Shown: piece after piece, positions 12,391 to 26,092 of the stretch
Position numbering within the stretch: position 1 is the stretch's first letter
How the letters are laid out: the number at the start of each line of letters is the position of its first letter
Assembly (NCBI RefSeq): GCF_006345805.1
Contig: NC_042997.1
Span: forward strand, 186,248,001-186,312,000
Direction: 5' to 3'
Length of the DNA stretch: 64,000 nt
DNA from: Octopus sinensis
Taxonomy: Eukaryota
Translations under genes and position numbers: made by a program
Notes under the pieces: model-generated
Databases searched by the model: none
The model's input: the letters and a program-made list of their open reading frames with translations, nothing else
What the model was told of the DNA's origin: nothing

Positions 12391-12660
12391 TATGTATGTA
12401 TTTATGTGTGTGTGTGTCTTTATGTTTGCGTTTGTCCCCACCATCACTAGACAACCGGTCTTGGTGTGTTTACGTCCCCCGAAACTTAATGGCTCGGCAA
12501 AAAGACAACGATAGAATAAGTACCAGGCTTAAAAGAAAAAAACAACAAATAAGTGCTGGGTCGATTTGTTCGACCAAAACCCTTCAAGGCGGTGCCACAG
12601 CATGGCCGCAACAACTGACTGAAACAAAAAGAAGAATAAAAGAACAAAAGAATAATAAAA
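11824..12660 (+). mobile_element. SINE family A interrupted in its (TA)n by a hairpin element
   Basis: 5' half 11824-11935, 3' half 12400-12660. Confidence 0.75.
12024..12280. mobile_element. Non-coding (TA)n-inserted element ending in a 66-bp inverted repeat
   Basis: Arms 12126-12192 / 12215-12280 nearly perfect; (TA)n on both sides. Confidence 0.75.
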
Positions 12661-13127
12661 AATAAAGGAATTTGTTGTTGCTATTGTTTTTTTCTGTTGT
12701 TGTTTAACCCAGAGTCAGCCACGATAAACCAAAATCAAATTTATTCCAAACATGACCATCCCGTCGTTTTTCTAGGCAGTTCATGTTTTGGACTATACAA
12801 TCCAATTCCCGCGTTTTTATTAAGACGACAGAATGGAATGGAATCTCAGTGCTGTGGCTGCTATGTCTAGCATTTCGATCAAACACTTAGAGGATCTCTC
12901 CTTGTCTTCTTTATGAATCGGTGTAATTTAAAGGAACGTGTTATGCGTACAGTCATACCTGTGTGTATACATGTGTGTGTGTGCGCGCGCGCGCGCGTGT
13001 GTGTGTGGAGAGAGAAAGAGAGAGATGTTGATTGGTAGATAGATTGATAGATTGATTGATAGATAGACAGACAGACAGACAGAAAGACAGACAGGTAGAT
13101 AGACAGACAGGTAGATAGACAGACAGG

Positions 13128-13211
<84 letters not shown>

Positions 13212-13604
13212 AAGACGGATATGTGTGTATATACATATTTAAGTACATATTTGAATGTATGTATGTGTATTTGTGTGTGTGTGTGTGTGTGTGTGTGCGT
13301 GCGTGCGCGTGTTGCGTGCGTGCGCGTGTTTGCGTGCGTATGTGTGTGCGCGCCCGTCTAGTTCCGTTCGTCCACATATGAGTGAGTGCACTGTTCCTAT
13401 TTTCTTTTCGCCCTAGATCAGCTTTGATCGAGCAGATCAATACTAATGAACGAACATCTCATTCACGACACCCAGAAATGATTCGCATTTTTACCTGTCG
13501 AAGACTAAATATTCCAATGCAACGGTTCTTAAACCGAAAAATTCTAACATTCGCCGGACATTCACCAAAATTAAAATAGCTTATGTGTACCAGGCTGTAT
13601 ATCA

Positions 13605-14772
13605 TTGATTTTAAATTTTGGCACAAGGCCAGTAATTTCTGTGGGTGGGGAGGTGGGGAGGTAAGTCGATTACATCGACCCCAGCGCTCAACTGATTCTT
13701 CTTTTATCGATCCCGCAATGATGAAAGGCAAAGTCAACCCCGGTCGTATTACAACTCAGAATGTAAGATCGAAAGAGATGCCGCTAAATAGTCTTTTCCC
13801 GGCGCGGTAGCGATTCTGCTAACTCGCCGTGACCGGGAAGTCGCAACAGAGAATTGAACCTCATGTCTCTCAGATTCTGATTAAGCACCCTGTACCATTA
13901 AGCTAAGCGACCTCCGACACGCCTCGGTATTATTAATTTCAAATTTTGGCTCAGGGTCAACAAGTTCTCGAGAGGAGTAAGTCGATTAGATCGACCCCAA
14001 TACACAATTGGTTATTATTTTATCGAGCTCTGAAAGGATGAAAGACAAAGTCGACCTCGGCGGAATTTGAACTCAGAACGTAAACACGGACGCAATGTCA
14101 CTAAGCATTTCGCCCGTCGTGCTAACGATTCTTTTCTATTCTAGGCACAAAGCCCGATATTTTGGGAGAAGGGACCAGTCGATTAGATCAACGTCAGTAC
14201 ACAACTGGTACTTAATTTATCGACCCTGAAAAGATGAAAGGCAAAGTCAACCTTGGTGGAATTTGAACTCAGAACGTAAACACAGACGAAATACCTATTT
14301 CTTTACTACCCACAGGGGGCTAAACACAGAAGGGACAAACAAGGACAGATAAACGGATTAAGTCGGTTACATCGACCTCAGTGCGTAACTGGTACTTATT
14401 TAATCGACCCCGAAAGGATGAAAGGCAAAGTCAACCGCGGCGGAATTTGAACTCAGAATGTATCAGCAGACGAAATACCGCTAAGCATTTCGTCTGGCGT
14501 GCTAACGTTTCTGCCAGCTCGCCGCCTTACCAATAACAATAATAATAATCCTTTCTACTAAGGGCACAAGGCCTGAAACTTTGGGAAAAAGGACTAGTTG
14601 ATTACATCAACTCCCCAATGTTCAACTGGTACTTATTTTATCGACCTCCGAAAGGATGAAAGGCAAAGTCGACCTCGGCGTAATTTGAACTCAGAACGTA
14701 GCGACGGATTAAATTACTACTTATAAACAGTTCACCCGGCGTTGCTAACCGATGTTCTGCCAGCTCGCCGTC
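13605..14772 (-). mobile_element. Cluster of about 5 SINE family B copies and fragments
   Basis: Repeated GAAAGGATGAAAGGCAAAGTCGACCTCGGCGGAATTTGAACTCAGAA blocks. Confidence 0.85.
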
Positions 14773-16212
14773 TTCGCTTATATGGAATCGAAACTTGTGC
14801 CTTCCAAATTCTTACTTAGCATTCTGCACCATTAAAGTAAACGATCCCCGAGACGTCTCTATATTATTGAGAAGACAGAAAATATTTTGTGTCCATGTAA
14901 TTCATTTCTTCAACACCACAATATCGGATTAGTTTTAAGCTTAAAACCGTTTTAATTTTATCAAAACATAGCAGTTATTTTATTCTACCGCCTTTTAAAT
15001 ATTCGTGGTTACCACCCCTTCGAAAAATATCAGTTTGATGTGGCCTTTGTGCCTTCTAATGGCGGTGTGTAATTTGAGGGAGATTTGGCTGCTGTTTCTA
15101 GCAAATTGAATGCCTGCGTGTAAGCTGTGTCTTTGTCTCACGTAAGTGACTCCTCTGTGAACGTGTTAGCTGTTTCTTTGCTTGTGTGTGTGTGTGTGTG
15201 TTTGTGTGTTTGCGCTTGTGTGTCTGTGTGTACGGGTAAAGTATAAGTCAATTCTGTATTTGTAGGTGTTATTAAATGAGTGTGTGTGTGTGTATGCGTG
15301 CGTGTGTGTGTGTGCGTGTGTGTTTGTCTGTGAGTTCATCACTGCCTGTGTATATGTATGCGTGAGCCTGCGCTAATTTCCGATATTCTATATTTGCATA
15401 TGTGGCTATATCTATTTATGAGTTGATCTGTGATACGTGCGTAGATATTTATTGCGCGCAAGCTAGCGAGCGAGCGAGAGAGAGACAGAGAGAGCGTGCG
15501 TCTGTGTACGTACGTACATGCATGTGTGTACGCGCACGCGTGTGTGTACTCATTATTTGACCGTGTTTGACAATTCATCTGAATTACGCCTATGCGTACG
15601 TGCGTACGTACGGGTCAGTTTGCATTCCTCTATGTCTGTCTCAGACACACATACTCACATACACAGCGCCTACTTACGAACCCAAATATCGCCTCAGTCT
15701 GCCACCTCGCCATTAGTTAGTTCCAAATATCCACATAGAGTGCGAATGACTGCCAGTATCGTTTCTAACGTTTTATAATAAGGATATATATATTTTCGTG
15801 CGTGCGTGCGTGTGTATCAATCTACGTGTGAGATCGTAGCATATAACACCCTATTGTCCAATATCCAACTTATCATTCACAGCCTTTGTGCACCCCCCAC
15901 CCCACAGCCGCCTCCACCACCACCACCACAACCGCCAGTAAGTAGTCGCCTTGGTCCAAAGAGGTTTATAGTGTATAAGAGAGAGTATATATTATAGATT
16001 TAAAATGGGACAAATCTTTATATTATTTGATCTCGACCGAAGCAAGGTTCCATAACCTCTATATAAATGTTCCTATACGAGTGTAGGGAGAAGATGCTTT
16101 ACCTCGTTACCTCGTTTCCAGAGCATAGTCTGAGATTGTGATGAGAATGAACATTTCAGGCGGTGCCCCAACATGGCCGCAGTCATGAATATATGTGAAA
16201 CAAGAACATATG

Positions 16213-16291
<79 letters not shown>

Positions 16292-16432
16292 TTTGTAGTT
16301 TTGACTTAAGAGTCCTTCCTAGCGTGTGGCATTATGTATAGTAATGCTTTCTATATATATAAAATATCTCTATCCTATATTATATATATATATATAGATA
16401 TATATAATATACACACACACACACATATATAT

Positions 16433-16842
16433 CTTTTACTCTTTTACTTGTTTCAGTGTCATTTGATGCGGCCATGCTGGAGCACCGCCTTTAGTCGAGC
16501 AAATCGACCCCGGGACTTATTCTTTGTAAGCCAGTACTTATTCTATCGGTTCTTTTGCCGAACCGCTAAGTGACGGGGACGTTAAACACCAGCATCGGTT
16601 GTCAAGCAATGCTAGGGGGACAAAACACAGACACACAACACACAAGCACAACATAAATATACATATATATACATATATACGACAGGCTTCTTTCAGTTTC
16701 CGTCTACAAAATCCACTCACTAGGCATTGGTCGACCCGGGGCTATAGCAGAAGACACTTTACCCAAGATGCCACGCAGTGGGACTGAACCCGCAAACCAT
16801 GTGGTTGGTTAGCAAGCTATTTAACACACAGCCACTCCTGCA
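16433..16842 (-). mobile_element. SINE family A
   Basis: Reverse complement of the family A pattern. Confidence 0.9.
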
Positions 16843-16853
16843 TATATATATAT

Positions 16854-17082
16854 GTTTCTTTATTACCCACAAGGGGCTAAACACAGAGGGGACAAACAAG
16901 GACAGACAAAGGGATTAAGTCGATTACATCGACCCCAGTGCGAAAATGGTACTTTATTTATCGACCCCGAAAGGCTGAAAGGCAAAGTCAACCTCGGCGG
17001 AATTTGAACTCAGAACGTAACGACAGACGAAATACTGCTAGGCATTTTGCCCGGCGTGCTAACGATTCTGCCAGCTTGCCGC
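16854..17082 (-). mobile_element. SINE family B monomer
   Basis: Full head, core and CCCACAAGGGGCTAAACAC tail. Confidence 0.88.
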
Positions 17083-17563
17083 ATATATAATATATATAAT
17101 GTGTGTGTTTATGTTTCGATATACAAACGTGAGAAATAGTGTTCAAGTAACAGCTGCAATCTTCATTTACTCGTTCGAAGCAGGTAAATCTTTTCAGCGA
17201 TACTCAGATTTTCTCACTAGGTTCGATCTGTCATAGCAGAATCTCATATAAGCGGGGAAACTCTGAGTAATGACCATGGAAGTCACACACTATGCACGAA
17301 TAAATAAATAATGAAATAAATAATGTTATGTTATATTAGACCGGCAAATGGTAAATTCTTGGTACTAAGAGAATTTGTTGATAGGAACATGGCATATCCG
17401 ATCTTAAGCATAATACGAACGACTAGATTACCTCTTGGTGTGATACTTTTTTTCTTAAACGGCTCCACTCTTAAATTCTCTTGGTGTGTCTATAGTCTAA
17501 TTAGGTACATACTTATCAATCTATGGATCTATTTTCGTGCACACAAATGCGTGTGTGCGAATG

Positions 17564-17602
<39 letters not shown>

Positions 17603-17608
17603 TATATG

Positions 17609-17690
17609 CAGTAATTCCTCGACATATCGCAGTTCACCAATCGCGGTTTATCAAGCTTACGTCGATTCCTCGTTGGTGTTGTTTTGGCAC
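17609..17690 (+). mobile_element. Fragment of Tigger/pogo-like MITE
   Basis: CAGTAATTCCTCGACATATCGC...AAGCTTACGTCGATTCCTC matches 42978-43090. Confidence 0.6.
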
Positions 17691-17692
17691 AT

Positions 17693-17747
<55 letters not shown>

Positions 17748-17950
17748 GATGATGTATGTATGTATGTATGTATGTATGTATGGATGATATTCATTTTATA
17801 AAAAATGGTATGTATGTATTTCGCTTAATCATTGCGAGACAAATAACCAGGTGTAGAACTCAATATAAGAAAGAGAAATGACAAAGGAATATATTATATA
17901 TATATATATATATATAATTATATATATGAAGAGAGAGAAGTTGGGTGGAG

Positions 17951-17990
<40 letters not shown>

Positions 17991-18157
17991 AGAGAGAGAT
18001 GTGGCTGTATGGTAAGAAGTTTGCTTCCCAACCATATGGTTTCGGGTTCAGTTCCCCTCTGTGGTATCTCGAGTGAGTGTCTTCTACTAAAGCTTCGAGC
18101 CGAAATGGAGCCTTGCAAGTGGATTCCGTTGAAGGAAAATGAAAGAACCCCGTATAT

Positions 18158-18194
<37 letters not shown>

Positions 18195-18214
18195 ATATAT
18201 TGTTCTATTTTTAT

Positions 18215-18289
<75 letters not shown>

Positions 18290-18346
18290 ATATATATATA
18301 GTATATATATGTATATAATATATAGATATATATATATATATCATAT

Positions 18347-18384
<38 letters not shown>

Positions 18385-18889
18385 CAATGTCATTTATATA
18401 TCTATATATATATATATAATAAATTTATATATAATATATATATACAATATAGATTATATATATATACTTGTATAATGTAGTATATAGATTTGTTTGTATA
18501 AACCAGAGTCGTAGAACTCAATTGTCAAAACTAGAATACAGGTGTACACTCATACGTACAGACAGATCTGTCAATATGTCTGACTTTCTAGCCATTTTCC
18601 CATTTCACAGCCTATCTATTTATATATCTATTTACTTTTTCAACCAACAAATCTACCCCCGTAACTATCACCTATTATACTTCCACTTGCCTGTCCATCT
18701 ATTCATCAACCCACTTGTCATCGATGCAGTAGAGCCGAACGGTTAAAATGTTCGCTTTAGATGTATGAGATATCGAGTTCGATCCGGTGCTCAAGAAGAA
18801 CAGTGGACCAGCTCTACGTCATTAAAAGGGTTGAAAAAAAACAATTTTGAAACTGAAATAAAATGTTATTCATTTCGTTATAATTCGAT

Positions 18890-19263
18890 TTATTACCCCT
18901 GCCTTTACTAAGGCGGAGGTATTGTTTACAGTCGTGTTTGTTTGTTTGTTTGACCGTGGTTAAGATATCACAAGAACCGCTGGATGGATTCGGATGAAAC
19001 TTTCCGAGATGTCTGGCCTTATAACTGGCACGAACTGATTAGATTTTGGGATCGATCCTATACCGGACAAGGATTCTGAATTATTTTACCTGTTCTTTTA
19101 CTTAATTTTTGAAAGCGGTCAGATTCATTTTTAGCATTCTCGTTTATGAGAGCAGTCGGGTTTACTCCAGATAATCTCATTTTAAAAATCAACTCTGGCT
19201 GATCGTTAAGAGAACGTTGGTGTTGTTGCCTTGGCGAAGGTTTGCGCTGTCTGAGTGCTCTTG
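18890..19263 (+). mobile_element. Non-autonomous Helentron-associated (HINE/DINE-1-like) element
   Basis: 5' TATTACCCCTGCC with inverted GGCGGAGGTATT, (GTTT)n tract, 3' TTGGCGAAGGT followed by short hairpin GCGCTGTCTGAGTGC. Confidence 0.65.
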
Positions 19264-19266
19264 TTG

Positions 19267-19681
19267 TTACTCTTTTACTCTTTTACTTGTTTTAGTCATG
19301 TGGCTGTGGCCATGGTGGAACACCGCCTTTAGTCGAGAAAACTGACCCCAGGACTTATTCTTTGTAAGATTAGTACTTATTCTATCGGTCTCGTTTGCTG
19401 AACCGCTAAGTTACGGAGACGTAAACACACCAGCATCGGTTGTGAAGCGATGTTGGGGGGGGGGGACCAACACAGACACACAAACACACACACACATATA
19501 TATATATATACATATATACGACGGGCTTCTTTCAGTTTCCGTCTACTAAATCCACTCACAAGGCTTTGGTCAGCCCGAGGCTATAGTAGAAGACACTTGC
19601 CCAAGGTGCAACGCAGTGGGACTGAATCCGGAACCATGTGGTTCGTGAGCAAGCTACTTACCACACACCCACTCCTACGCC
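19267..19681 (-). mobile_element. SINE family A
   Basis: Reverse complement of the family A pattern. Confidence 0.9.
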
Positions 19682-20357
19682 GATGTTATTTAAAATGTTT
19701 TATGATATTTTGCCATAATTCAGTGTTTTGATGCTGCATATTCATCTGTAAAGGAGAAGAAAGTGCTAAATTATATAAACGCAGATTGAGGAGTTTGATA
19801 GGAGTGCAAACAAATATGACTGAATCCCATCTAAATGAGTTCCTTAGGTGGTTGGGGGTGGTAAATATGGGAAAACCAGGAATGAATGTTTTCATAACAT
19901 CATTCGGAACGGTTTACTTTTTAATAACATTTATTTCAGTTCCAAAATTTGTTTTATTCTCATTTTTCTTAATGACTAGCGCGGGTGCACTCTTCAGAAA
20001 CTGTACTGAAGACCATGTGAGTATACACCTGTAATCCAAAGTTTCAGGCTTATCGGTCTATGTCACACTGATCCTGCTAAAATTATACGTCCGTGGAGTA
20101 TTCAGCCAATTACACGCTGATGTAATTTTTTACACTTTTTTTTTTTGCCTTTTACTTATGCCACTCATTAGACTGCGGACAAGACGGGGTTTAACTGTGA
20201 AAGGTTTTAGTTGAACAAATTAACCCCAGAACCTTAATCTATGTTTAGCTTAATACTTCGTAAATCGGGTACTTTTGTCGAACCGCTAAGTTAACAAACC
20301 AGTAAACCAATCAAAGACCTGAATATTTAACGTCGACACTGACGCATATCCATATGG

Positions 20358-20395
<38 letters not shown>

Positions 20396-20521
20396 TCAAG
20401 GAACTGAAGTTCTTTAGGGGATGTAAGCATCCCAGTTCTGTTTATACATGAATTTGAATGTCTTTAGATAAATAACGTCTGTACGTCATTTTCTTCATTT
20501 TCTCATTCATATATATATATA

Positions 20522-20737
20522 TTTCGTTTTGGGATTTGGTTTGCAAGATTCTTTATGTGAGTTCGTGCGTTGTAGCATAATTTGGTGTGTCTGGAGAGGA
20601 CCATTCTCTTTTTTGTGCTTTATTATTTAACACACTCATCGGTTCAGTTTCCACTCATTTACAGCGAAGTAAATTAGTAAAAACTGAACCGGTGTGTTAA
20701 ATAACAAGTCACAAAAAGAGAATGATTTTCCCGAGAC

Positions 20738-20743
<6 letters not shown>
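20522..20743. mobile_element. (TA)n-inserted non-coding element with an imperfect ~65-bp inverted repeat
   Basis: TGTGTCT...CATTCTCTTTTT...TTATTTAACACAC...CGGTTCAGTTT pairs with AAACTGAACCG...GTGTGTTAAATAA...AAAAAGAGAATG...AGACACA (20586-20740). Confidence 0.65.
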
Positions 20744-20819
<76 letters not shown>

Positions 20820-21094
20820 TGTATGTATGTATTTATGTATGTATGTATGTGTATATACGTATGTATGTATATATATGCGTGTGTCGTTGAGTTGCGTTTG
20901 TTCCCACCACCACTTGACAACCGGTGTTGGTGTGTTTACGTTCCCGTAATGAAGCAGTTGGGCAAAAGACATCGTTGGAATAAGTTCCAGGTTTTAAAAG
21001 AATAGAGTACCGAGGTCGATTCATTCGACTTAAAGTTCTTCATGGCTATGCTCCAGCATGGCCGTTGTGTAATGACTTAAAAAAGTAAAAGATA

Positions 21095-21095
21095 T

Positions 21096-21146
<51 letters not shown>

Positions 21147-21147
21147 G

Positions 21148-21183
<36 letters not shown>

Positions 21184-21188
21184 AAGAA

Positions 21189-21268
<80 letters not shown>

Positions 21269-21470
21269 GTAGATAGATAGATAGATAGATAGATAGAAAG
21301 AAATAGATAGATAGATAGATAGATAGATATAGTAGAGATAGATAGGTAATAGATAGATAGATAGATAGATAGATGATAATAATAGATAGATAGATATATA
21401 GTATAGGTATAGATAGATAGATAGATAGATAGATGGTTAGATAGATAGATAGATATAGATAGATAATAGG
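21095..21470. repeat. (GATA)n microsatellite array
   Basis: Direct reading; similar arrays at 13020-13210, 23515-23860, 35700-36170, 52100-52515, 58030-58300. Confidence 0.95.
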
Positions 21471-21811
21471 AGATAGAGAACAGTGGAGAGGGAGGAGGAG
21501 ATAGTGACACAGAGAAGAGAGAGGGACAGCGGATAGACAAGTTAGAGAGTTGCACTGACGACCCCAAGATTGTGGTTTCGATACTCAGACCGATGATGCG
21601 TTATGTTCTTGAGCAGAGCATTTCGTCTCACATTGTTTCATTAGACGCAGGTGTAAACAGGTAATCCTGTAAAAGATAGGTTCTGTTGAGGGAGGGAACG
21701 CTGGCCGATCCGACTGGTCAGCTGGAGTAGCGTCATTCAAAAGCTACAACAATGCAAAGAGCATTGTGACCAGCGGTGTATAAAAACTTCAAGTCGATAC
21801 ATCGAAATATA

Positions 21812-22637
21812 TAGGATGTCGTATAAATTACGCAAAAATGAAAATAACACTGGCATCTCATTTTAGCAGATAGTTATCAAAATAGCCTAGAAATATCTTG
21901 AAAGACTAAAGAGAAAATTTATTCAATAAAATCGCTTCATTGGCTTCAACCATGGCCTCTAGACGACTTTAGAATCTCCCGCAACTCTTCTGCCATAATC
22001 CTTGTCTTCAGTTCATCTTTCGTGTTACAAGGAGTTTTGTTGGTCTCTCGTTCTACTGCGCCCTACACATAATAATCAAGGGAGTTGCAGTCTGGGAAGT
22101 TAGGTGACCATATGTTAGGAGTGGAGTGGTCGTAGAAATTGTCTGACTGCCATGATTGGGTTTTCCTGATTGTGTGGCATGGTGCTGAGTCCTGTTGCCT
22201 GACATAGGATCTTCCAGCGGTCACCCTCTTGACTCGGGACAGCACTACCTCCTCTAGGCACTTAATGTAGGCCTCTGTGTTGAGTGTGAGGCCGTATGGG
22301 AAGATAAATGGAGATATAAAGTTGCCATTACTAGTGATCACTCCAAACACCATAATGTTGACTGGATGCTTAATATAGGTCTTCAGTCTGCTCTGTCCTC
22401 AGGTAGACACACAAACACTCTGAAATGTTCGTATTAGAACTTCCAGCGCAAATACCAAACAGTGCAACATGTCATTTCCAAATTTCTAGCGGAGTGTATT
22501 GCGTCAGGGTGCTGTTTTTATTACAGACGGTGCCTAACTGACCCTGCTGTACTGTGTAGTCAACAAAATCTAAAACAAACAATGCACATGCGCGAAATTA
22601 AAATACAAAATGGCAATTATTTATCCATCGCATCCTG
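21812..22637 (-). mobile_element. Internally deleted Tc1/mariner element of the DD37D (maT) group
   Basis: Degenerate TIRs TA|TAGGATGTCGTATAAAT ... ATTTATCCATCGCATCCTG|TA; contains a transposase catalytic fragment. Confidence 0.75.
22063..22353 (-). pseudogene. DD37D transposase catalytic-domain fragment
   Basis: QQDSAPCH...WSPNFPDCNSLDYYV; 37 residues between the second and third catalytic Asp. Confidence 0.85.
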
Positions 22638-22696
22638 TACACACATACACACATATACATATGTATATATACACCTATATATATATATGTATATAT

Positions 22697-22729
<33 letters not shown>

Positions 22730-22900
22730 ATAGTTGTAGCTTTTGAATGCATGCTTCTTTTATTCTTTTATTTGTTTCAGTCATTTGACTGCGGCCATGC
22801 TGGGGCACCGCGTTTAGTCGAGCAAGTGTCTTCTACTATAGCCTCGATTTGCTCGACTAAAGGCGCAGTCTAACGACTGAAACAAGTAAAAGCGTATTTA

Positions 22901-22979
<79 letters not shown>

Positions 22980-22999
22980 ATATATATATATATATATCT

Positions 23000-23034
<35 letters not shown>

Positions 23035-23539
23035 TACGTTTTAGATCTCTGTGGCTGTGTGGTAAGAAGCTTGCTTTTCAACCACAAGGTTCAGGAACAA
23101 TGGACAAGTGTTCTCTACTATAAGCTCGAGGTGAATGAAGCCTTGTCGGTGGATTTGGTATACAGAAACTGAAAGAAGACCGTCGTATGTGTGTGTGTGC
23201 GTGTGCGTGTGTATTTATTTTCGTGTCTATTCAGGTATCTAACTCTGTATACCTCGCCATATTTCTTTGTGTGGGTCTATTTAGCCATCTGTCTGCGACT
23301 AACTGTCTATTTGCCTATCCGTCTATTTGCTTATCTGTTATTTCCAACTGTGTAGACAACATATAAGAAAGAAAGAAAGAAGAAAGAAAGAAAGAGAAAA
23401 GAATGAAAGATCGAAAGAAAGGAAGAAAGAAAGAAAGAGAAAGAGAAAAAGAAAGAGTTAAAGAATGAATGAATGAATGAATAAGAAATTGCAAGAGACA
23501 AACCGATGTACAATTAGACAAACAGACAGACAGACAGAC

Positions 23540-23622
<83 letters not shown>

Positions 23623-23703
23623 GATATATATAGATACATAAATAGATACATAGATAGATAGAGACAGATAGACAGACAGACAGATAGATAGATAGAGACA
23701 GAT

Positions 23704-23772
<69 letters not shown>

Positions 23773-23773
23773 T

Positions 23774-23859
<86 letters not shown>

Positions 23860-24292
23860 GGATATGGAGGGAGGGAGGGAGGGAGGGAGGGAGGGAGAGA
23901 ACGAAAGAGAGAAAGGCAGAAAGTGAGGGGAAGAGAAGAAACAGTGTGAAACTCTGTTGAAGTGGCCTCCCTGTGTTAAGAGGAAACTGCTATGGAAGAG
24001 AAGCTAGATGCTAGCGAGATGTAGCTTAGAGAAAGAGAGATGTACTGTTCTGACGACGACAGCAGTCCAGCTTCAAACTGCATAGCTCTCGTGTGATTCA
24101 TCACACACAGCGTTTTCTGCCCTTTACGATTATGTCGATGATGATGACGATGGTGGTGATAGTGGTGGTGGTGGTGGTGGTGGTGGTGATGGTAGCAATG
24201 ATCGTGGTGTTCGTTATAATAAAATTTTTGCGTGTGTGTGGGGAGTTTGATGATTCTGTTCTCATCTGTTGTTGTTCCAGCCTCCGGGGTAA

Positions 24293-25327
24293 GCCCTTGG
24301 TCGATCGAACCAACATATGATACATACGATCGAAGATATTCCGGCCGTGACCATCCCGTCTACCGTTCTACTTGCTAGAGATTCCAGGGCCACATTTCTA
24401 GCCCCCGGAGTTAGTTCCTGGTCGATCGAACCGACATACGATACATACAATCGAAGATATTCCGGCCGTGACCATCCCGTCGACTGTTCTACTTGCTAGA
24501 GATTCCAGGGCCACATTTCTAGCCCCCGGAGTTAGTTCCTGGTCGATCGAACCGACATACGATACATACGATCGAAGATATTCCGGCCGTGACCATCCCG
24601 TCTACTGTTCTACTTGCTAGAGATCCCAGGCCCACATTTCTAGCCCCCAGGGTTAGTCCCTGGTCAATTGAACCGACATACGATACATATGATCGAAGAT
24701 ATTCCAGCCGTGACCATCCCGTCTACTGTTCTACTTGCTAGAGATCCCAGGGTCACATTTCTAGCCCCTGGTCGATTGAACCGACATATGATACATATGA
24801 TCGAAGATATTCCGCCCGTGACCATCCCGTCTACTGTTCTACTTGCTAGAGATCCCAGGGCCACCTTTCTAGCCCCCGGTTAGCCCCTGGTCGATCGAAC
24901 CGACATACGATACATACGATCGAAGATATTCCGGCCGTGACCATCCCGTCTACTGTTCTACTTGCTAGAGATCCCAGGGCCACATTTCTAGCCCCTGGTC
25001 GATCGAACCGACATACGATACATACGATCAAAGATATTCCGGCCATGACCATCCCGTCTACTGTTCTACTTGCTAGAGATCCCAGGGCCACATTTCTAGC
25101 CCCTGGTCGATCGAACCGACATACGATACATACGATCGAAGATATTCTGGCCATGACCATCCCGTCGACTGTTCTACTTGCTAGAGATCCTAGGGCCACA
25201 TTTCTAGCCCCCGGGGGTTAGTCCCTGGTCGATCGAACCGACATACGATACATACGATCGAAGATATTCCGGCCATGACCATCCCGTCTACTGTTCTACT
25301 TGCTAGAGATCGCAGGGCCACATTTCA
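24293..25327. repeat. Minisatellite of 9 units, 108-122 bp each
   Basis: GGTCGATCGAACC starts at 24299, 24420, 24541, 24662, 24770, 24889, 24997, 25105, 25227. Confidence 0.95.
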
Positions 25328-25343
25328 CTATATGAAGGTGCCG

Positions 25344-25374
<31 letters not shown>

Positions 25375-25551
25375 AAAGACTGTAGAGTGAGCAATTGTAT
25401 GTGATTTGCGGTCGATTTTGCTTCTATTGTATGTAACCTTATCAAGAGACAACGATGATGCTCCCCCGTTGACGATGGCAGTGATGGTGAAGATTCAGGT
25501 GATGTGGTAGGAAGAGGGAGTCGTGGTAGAGTTCATAGTGACATTAATGCT

Positions 25552-25583
<32 letters not shown>

Positions 25584-26052
25584 GGAAGTTGTTCTTTAGC
25601 CCCAGGTCAGTCTTGATCCAGCAGGCTTATAAGTCAAACATGTTCTCTAGACTAACTGGTCTTTCTATAAATCACGAACTACCATACATATATATATATG
25701 GTGTGTACGTGCGTGTGTGCGTGTGTACGTGCGTGTGTGTATGTATATGTATGTATGTGTCTGTATGTGTCTGTATGTATATGTATGTGTGTGTATAAAT
25801 GAATATGTGTATATTATATATTTATATGTATATATATTTTATTTTATTTTATTTTTACTTGTTTCAGTCATTCGACTGCGGCCATGTTGGAGCACCTCCT
25901 TAAAGGGTTTTAGCCGAAGAAATCGACCCCAGGACTTATTCTTTGTAAGCCTAGTACTTACCGTATCGTTCTTTTGCTGAACCGCTAAGTTACGGCGACA
26001 CAAAGACACCACCATTGGTTGTCAAGCGATATATACATGTGTGCGTGTGTGC

Positions 26053-26092
<40 letters not shown>

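Noticed and set aside
24293-25327. CRISPR-like array or retrozyme
   Set aside because: There are no unique spacers (whole units repeat), the context is eukaryotic, and no hammerhead core was found on either strand
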